Below, piece after piece: positions 60,882 through 64,000 of a stretch of DNA of 64,000 nt; position 1 is the stretch's first letter, and each line of letters opens with the position of its first letter. The position numbers and the translations under genes are program-made. The notes beneath the pieces are model-generated. The model was given only the letters and a program-made list of their open reading frames with translations. It was not told the origin of the DNA and made no database searches. The stretch lies in NCBI GenBank assembly GCA_963707215.1, contig CAVPPB010000003.1:96001-160000 (forward strand), given 5' to 3'. This DNA is from an uncultured Chloroflexia bacterium. Its GTDB lineage: Bacteria > Chloroflexota > Limnocylindria > Limnocylindrales > CSP1-4.

Positions 60882-61755
60882 ACGGCGGCGAGTCTACCAC
60901 CGGCACCCGCCCCCCACCGACGCCGCCGGGTCTCGACCCCCGGTGGTGGCGACGACCCGGCGATCCCGACCCGTGACGCTCCTCATCGAGGTGGGTGCGG
61001 ATCCGCGACGCCATCGCGTCCTCGACGACGCTGTCGGCATCGCGAAGCCCCTCGACCGCGGCCTGGACCCCAACCAGCGCCGCGTAGAGGGGCGGACAGG
61101 TCGGGCAGGCGGCCAGGTGGGCCTCGACGGCGGCTGCAGCCTCGGGCTCGAGCTCCGTGTCGAGGTACGCCGAGACCTGGCGTCGGGCCTGCCAGCAGCG
61201 CATCGGCTGGGCCAGGCTGGCGCGTCGCTTGGCATCGTCGTGAGCCAGCCCGCTCACAAGCATCATCCGGCCCCGCCGGAGCCGTTGCTTGGCCGCCGGA
61301 AGCCCGATCCCGATCGTCCTGGCGATCTCCGGCGAGGACCATCCGAGGGCATCGTGGAGGACGACGGGCAGGCGGTAGATCGCGGGCAGCCGGGCGATGG
61401 CGTCCTCGAGCTCGTCGCGGAGCTCGGCCCGCTCGACGACCATCTCCGGCTGGACGGTGAAGCTGTCGTCCCGCCACTCGGCCTCGACCGAGTCGATCTC
61501 GACGGTCGGGCGCTCGGCTCGCGACCGGTCGATGACCCGTCGCACCAGGGCGGTCCGGAGCCAGCCGCGCAGGGCGGCCTCGTCGCGCAGCTGATCGCGC
61601 CGACGCCAGGCCGCCACGATCGTCTCCTGGGCCAGGTCCTCGGCCGCATCGGCGTCGCGGACGAGGCGCGTGGCGAGGCGGACGAGCCACGGCAGCTCGT
61701 CACCGAGCCGGGCCGCGAACGCGTCCGCCTGCGCATCGGACGGGGCCAGCGTCAT
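60859..61755 (-). CDS. ECF sigma factor fused to a C-terminal zinc-binding anti-sigma (zf-HC2/ZAS) domain
   Basis: AEDLAQET...AW, LRGWL, LP..YR..VVLHD..G.S..EIA...G......KQRLRRGR; then MRCWQARRQVSAYLD.EL......VEAHLAACPTC. Confidence 0.88.
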   Translation of the reverse strand: MTLAPSDAQADAFAARLGDELPWLVRLATRLVRDADAAEDLAQETIVAAWRRRDQLRDEAALRGWLRTALVRRVIDRSRAERPTVEIDSVEAEWRDDSFTVQPEMVVERAELRDELEDAIARLPAIYRLPVVLHDALGWSSPEIARTIGIGLPAAKQRLRRGRMMLVSGLAHDDAKRRASLAQPMRCWQARRQVSAYLDTELEPEAAAAVEAHLAACPTCPPLYAALVGVQAAVEGLRDADSVVEDAMASRIRTHLDEERHGSGSPGRRHHRGSRPGGVGGGRVPVVDSPPSGRGAAW

Positions 61756-61768
61756 CCGTGACCCCGGC

Positions 61769-61981
61769 TCACTTCCGGAGCGGGCAGGTGCTGAGCCCCA
61801 CGAGCGCGTAGATCGGGCAGAAGCCGAGGGCGCCCGTGGCGAGCATGATCGCGCCGAAGCCGAGGGCGAGATAGCCCCAGGGGGCGGCGACCAGGCCGAC
61901 CGCGAAGGCCGCTAGCAGGGCGATCCCGATCGCCAGCCGGGCGATGCGGTCGATCGTGCCGACGTTCTTGGAGAGTGTCAT
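61769..61981 (-). CDS. DUF2892 (YgaP-like) small membrane protein
   Basis: KNVGTIDRIARL..G...TG..GFCPIYAL.GLSTCP; GGAGG RBS. Confidence 0.88.
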   Translation of the reverse strand: MTLSKNVGTIDRIARLAIGIALLAAFAVGLVAAPWGYLALGFGAIMLATGALGFCPIYALVGLSTCPLRK

Positions 61982-62219
61982 CTGAGGCCTCCATCCGGTG
62001 CTCGCTGGATGCGACCCGTCGCGCATCCTTCACCTGGAGGACGGAGGTCGGCGCCGAAGCGATACATCGGGTCACGTCGACCCATACGGCCGGGTCGCCC
62101 GGGTGGATCCGATCAAGGGCGGAGACCCGTTGGCCCGTCCTGCGCGTCCCGGCGTCGCCCAGGGGCCGAGGGCGGGCGATGCTCTCTCCGCACGCTCGCG
62201 CCTCGCCGGCGGCCCGCCC

Positions 62220-63347
62220 TCAGGTCGAGCTCACCTCTCGGGCACCGACGCTGCGAACCCAGGCCCGGAAGTCGACCAGCTCGTCCTTCTGCTCCCGCGA
62301 CAGCAGGTCCACGAGGCAGCGCATGACGCTCTTGCCCTCGAACAGGGCGCGATGGACCTCGCGGGCGATCGGCATCTCGACGCCGAGCCGATCGGCCAGG
62401 GCGAGCGCAGCGTCCACCGTGTAGGCACCCTCGGCCACGCCCGGCAGCGACGCCTCGATCTCGGTCCACGAGCGGCCCTTGGCCAGCTCGGCGCCAAGCC
62501 GGTGGTTGCGCGACAGGCTCGAGCCGCAGGTCGCGATGACGTCGCCGATGCCGGCCAGCCCGGCGAAGGTCAGCGGATTGGCCCCGGCGGCGATGCCGAG
62601 GCGCATCATCTCGGCCAGGCCCCGGGTCATCAACCCGGCCTTGCCGTTGTCGCCGAAGCCGACCTCGTCCATGGCCCCGGCGGCGATCGCAACGACGTTC
62701 TTCAGCGCGCCGCAGAGCTCCACCCCGACGATGTCCTCGTTGACGTAGATGCGGAAGCGGCGCCGTCCCAGCCGATGCTGGACGCGGGCCGCCAGCGCCT
62801 CGTCACGGGCGGCCACGACGGCCGAGGCCGGCAGCCCTCGGGCGATCTCGAGCGCGAGGTTGGGGCCCGACAGGGCGGCCACCCGGTCCTCGTCCACGCC
62901 CAAGGCCTCCGCTACGACCTGGCTCATCCGGTCCAGGCTGCCGGGTTCGAGCCCCTTGACGACCGAGAGCAGGTCGGCCGACGCGGCGATGTGCGGCCGG
63001 AGCCGCTCCACGGTCGACCGCAGGTGAGCCGACGGGACCGCAAAGACGATCAGATCGACTGCCGCCTCCAGGGCGGCAGCGTCGGCGGTCGCCCGCACCA
63101 GCGCTGGCAGGGCGACGCCGGGCAGCCGGGCCTCGTTTCGGCCCTCCGCAGCGATCCGGGCAGCCGTCTCCGGCGAGTGGCACCAGAGGGTGACCGGCTC
63201 CCGACGGGCCAGCAGGAGCGCAAGCGTCGTCCCCCAGGCTCCGGATCCCACGACGGCGACGCGTGGCGTCGATCCGCCCGGGGGCATGGGCCGGCTTCCC
63301 GGAGCGTCCTTGCGGACGGTCGACGACGGCTCTGCCACCGGGGTCAT
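62220..63347 (-). CDS. gpsA: NAD(P)H-dependent glycerol-3-phosphate dehydrogenase
   Basis: VVGSGAWGTTLA, AVPS, KGLE, LSGPNLA.E, GALKNVVAIAAG, GLAGIGD..ATC.S.LSRN; ATGA overlap with der. Confidence 0.95.
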   Translation of the reverse strand: MTPVAEPSSTVRKDAPGSRPMPPGGSTPRVAVVGSGAWGTTLALLLARREPVTLWCHSPETAARIAAEGRNEARLPGVALPALVRATADAAALEAAVDLIVFAVPSAHLRSTVERLRPHIAASADLLSVVKGLEPGSLDRMSQVVAEALGVDEDRVAALSGPNLALEIARGLPASAVVAARDEALAARVQHRLGRRRFRIYVNEDIVGVELCGALKNVVAIAAGAMDEVGFGDNGKAGLMTRGLAEMMRLGIAAGANPLTFAGLAGIGDVIATCGSSLSRNHRLGAELAKGRSWTEIEASLPGVAEGAYTVDAALALADRLGVEMPIAREVHRALFEGKSVMRCLVDLLSREQKDELVDFRAWVRSVGAREVSST

Positions 63348-64000
63348 CGACGGCTCCGCCCCGCGCGCCCGGACCCCCCACCGCCGACCCGTCGGCGCTT
63401 GCGCGGCAGCTTGACCGAGGTGCGATCGCGGAACACGAGCCGGATCGGCGTGCCATCGAAGCCGTACGCCTCGCGGAGGCGATTCTCGAGGTAGCGCCGG
63501 TAGCTGAAGTGGATGTTCGCCGCGTCGTTCGCGAAGAACACGAAGGTCGGCGGCGCGACACCGACCTGGGTGCCGTAGAAGAGCTTCGGGCGGCGCCCTC
63601 GCACGGCCGGCGGCGCCTGCCGGTCGACGGCATCGGCGAGGAGACGGTTCAGCTCGCCGGTCGGGATGCGCCGGCGCCGCTCGCCCCAGATGTCGATGGC
63701 CAGCTCGAGCGTCTTCGTGACACGCTGGCCGGTCTTGGCGCTGATCGAGACGACCGGAGCGAAGTCGAGGAACGGGACCTGGCGGCGCATCAACATGACG
63801 AAGGCGTCGAAGGTCCGGTCGCTCTTCTCGGTCAGCAGGTCCCACTTGTTCACGGCGATGACGAGCCCCTTGCCCTCCTCCGCGACGTAGCCCGCGACGT
63901 GGGCGTCCTGCGCGGTCAGACCGTCGGCGGCGTCGATGAGCAGCACGGCGACGTCCGCCCGCGAGATGGCGCGCAGGGCGCGCAGGGTGGAGAGCCGTTC
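63344..64000 (-). CDS. der: Ribosome biogenesis GTPase Der (EngA), C-terminal part
   Basis: LRAISRADVA.LLIDA..G.TAQD, NKWD, ISAKTG, KH-like PPTFVFF.N...SYRRYLENRLRE.YGF.GTPIRL. Confidence 0.95.
   Translation of the reverse strand, partial: ERLSTLRALRAISRADVAVLLIDAADGLTAQDAHVAGYVAEEGKGLVIAVNKWDLLTEKSDRTFDAFVMLMRRQVPFLDFAPVVSISAKTGQRVTKTLELAIDIWGERRRRIPTGELNRLLADAVDRQAPPAVRGRRPKLFYGTQVGVAPPTFVFFANDAANIHFSYRRYLENRLREAYGFDGTPIRLVFRDRTSVKLPRKRRRVGGGGSGRAGRSRR

Noticed and set aside
33560-60900. Prophage or integrative element anchored at either tRNA
   Set aside because: No integrase, phage or conjugation genes, and no att duplication was seen.

Overview
High-GC bacterial chromosomal window, densely coding, with about 60 genes and two tRNAs (Arg-CCT, Pro-GGG). 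Gene content and style suggest a monoderm Chloroflexota- or Actinomycetota-like organism (inference). Recognisable core genes include cysS, ettA, ccdA with a TlpA-family partner, nrdR-dcd (tandem NrdR boxes), etfAB with an acyl-CoA dehydrogenase and a FadF-like Fe-S protein, mog-moaC-moeA, gpsA and der. Between them lie accessory enzymes and two ECF sigma modules. I saw no integrase, transposase, CRISPR array or rRNA. The best candidate for an undescribed system is at about 1.3-5.2 kb. There cysS converges on a GT2-fold protein that carries its own copy of the CysRS C-terminal (anticodon-binding) domain and has a degenerate DxD motif. That gene overlaps a truncated globin and neighbours a membrane-anchored Schlafen/AlbA_2 domain protein with an intact E-E-K motif. 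Other points of note are an amino-acid decarboxylase/ACAD-fold/aldehyde dehydrogenase operon, a sigma-ZAS fusion whose ORF runs into tRNA-Pro, recurrent leaderless-type promoters, and two single-base frameshifts that may be assembly errors. All family calls come from motif recognition by eye; no searches were run.
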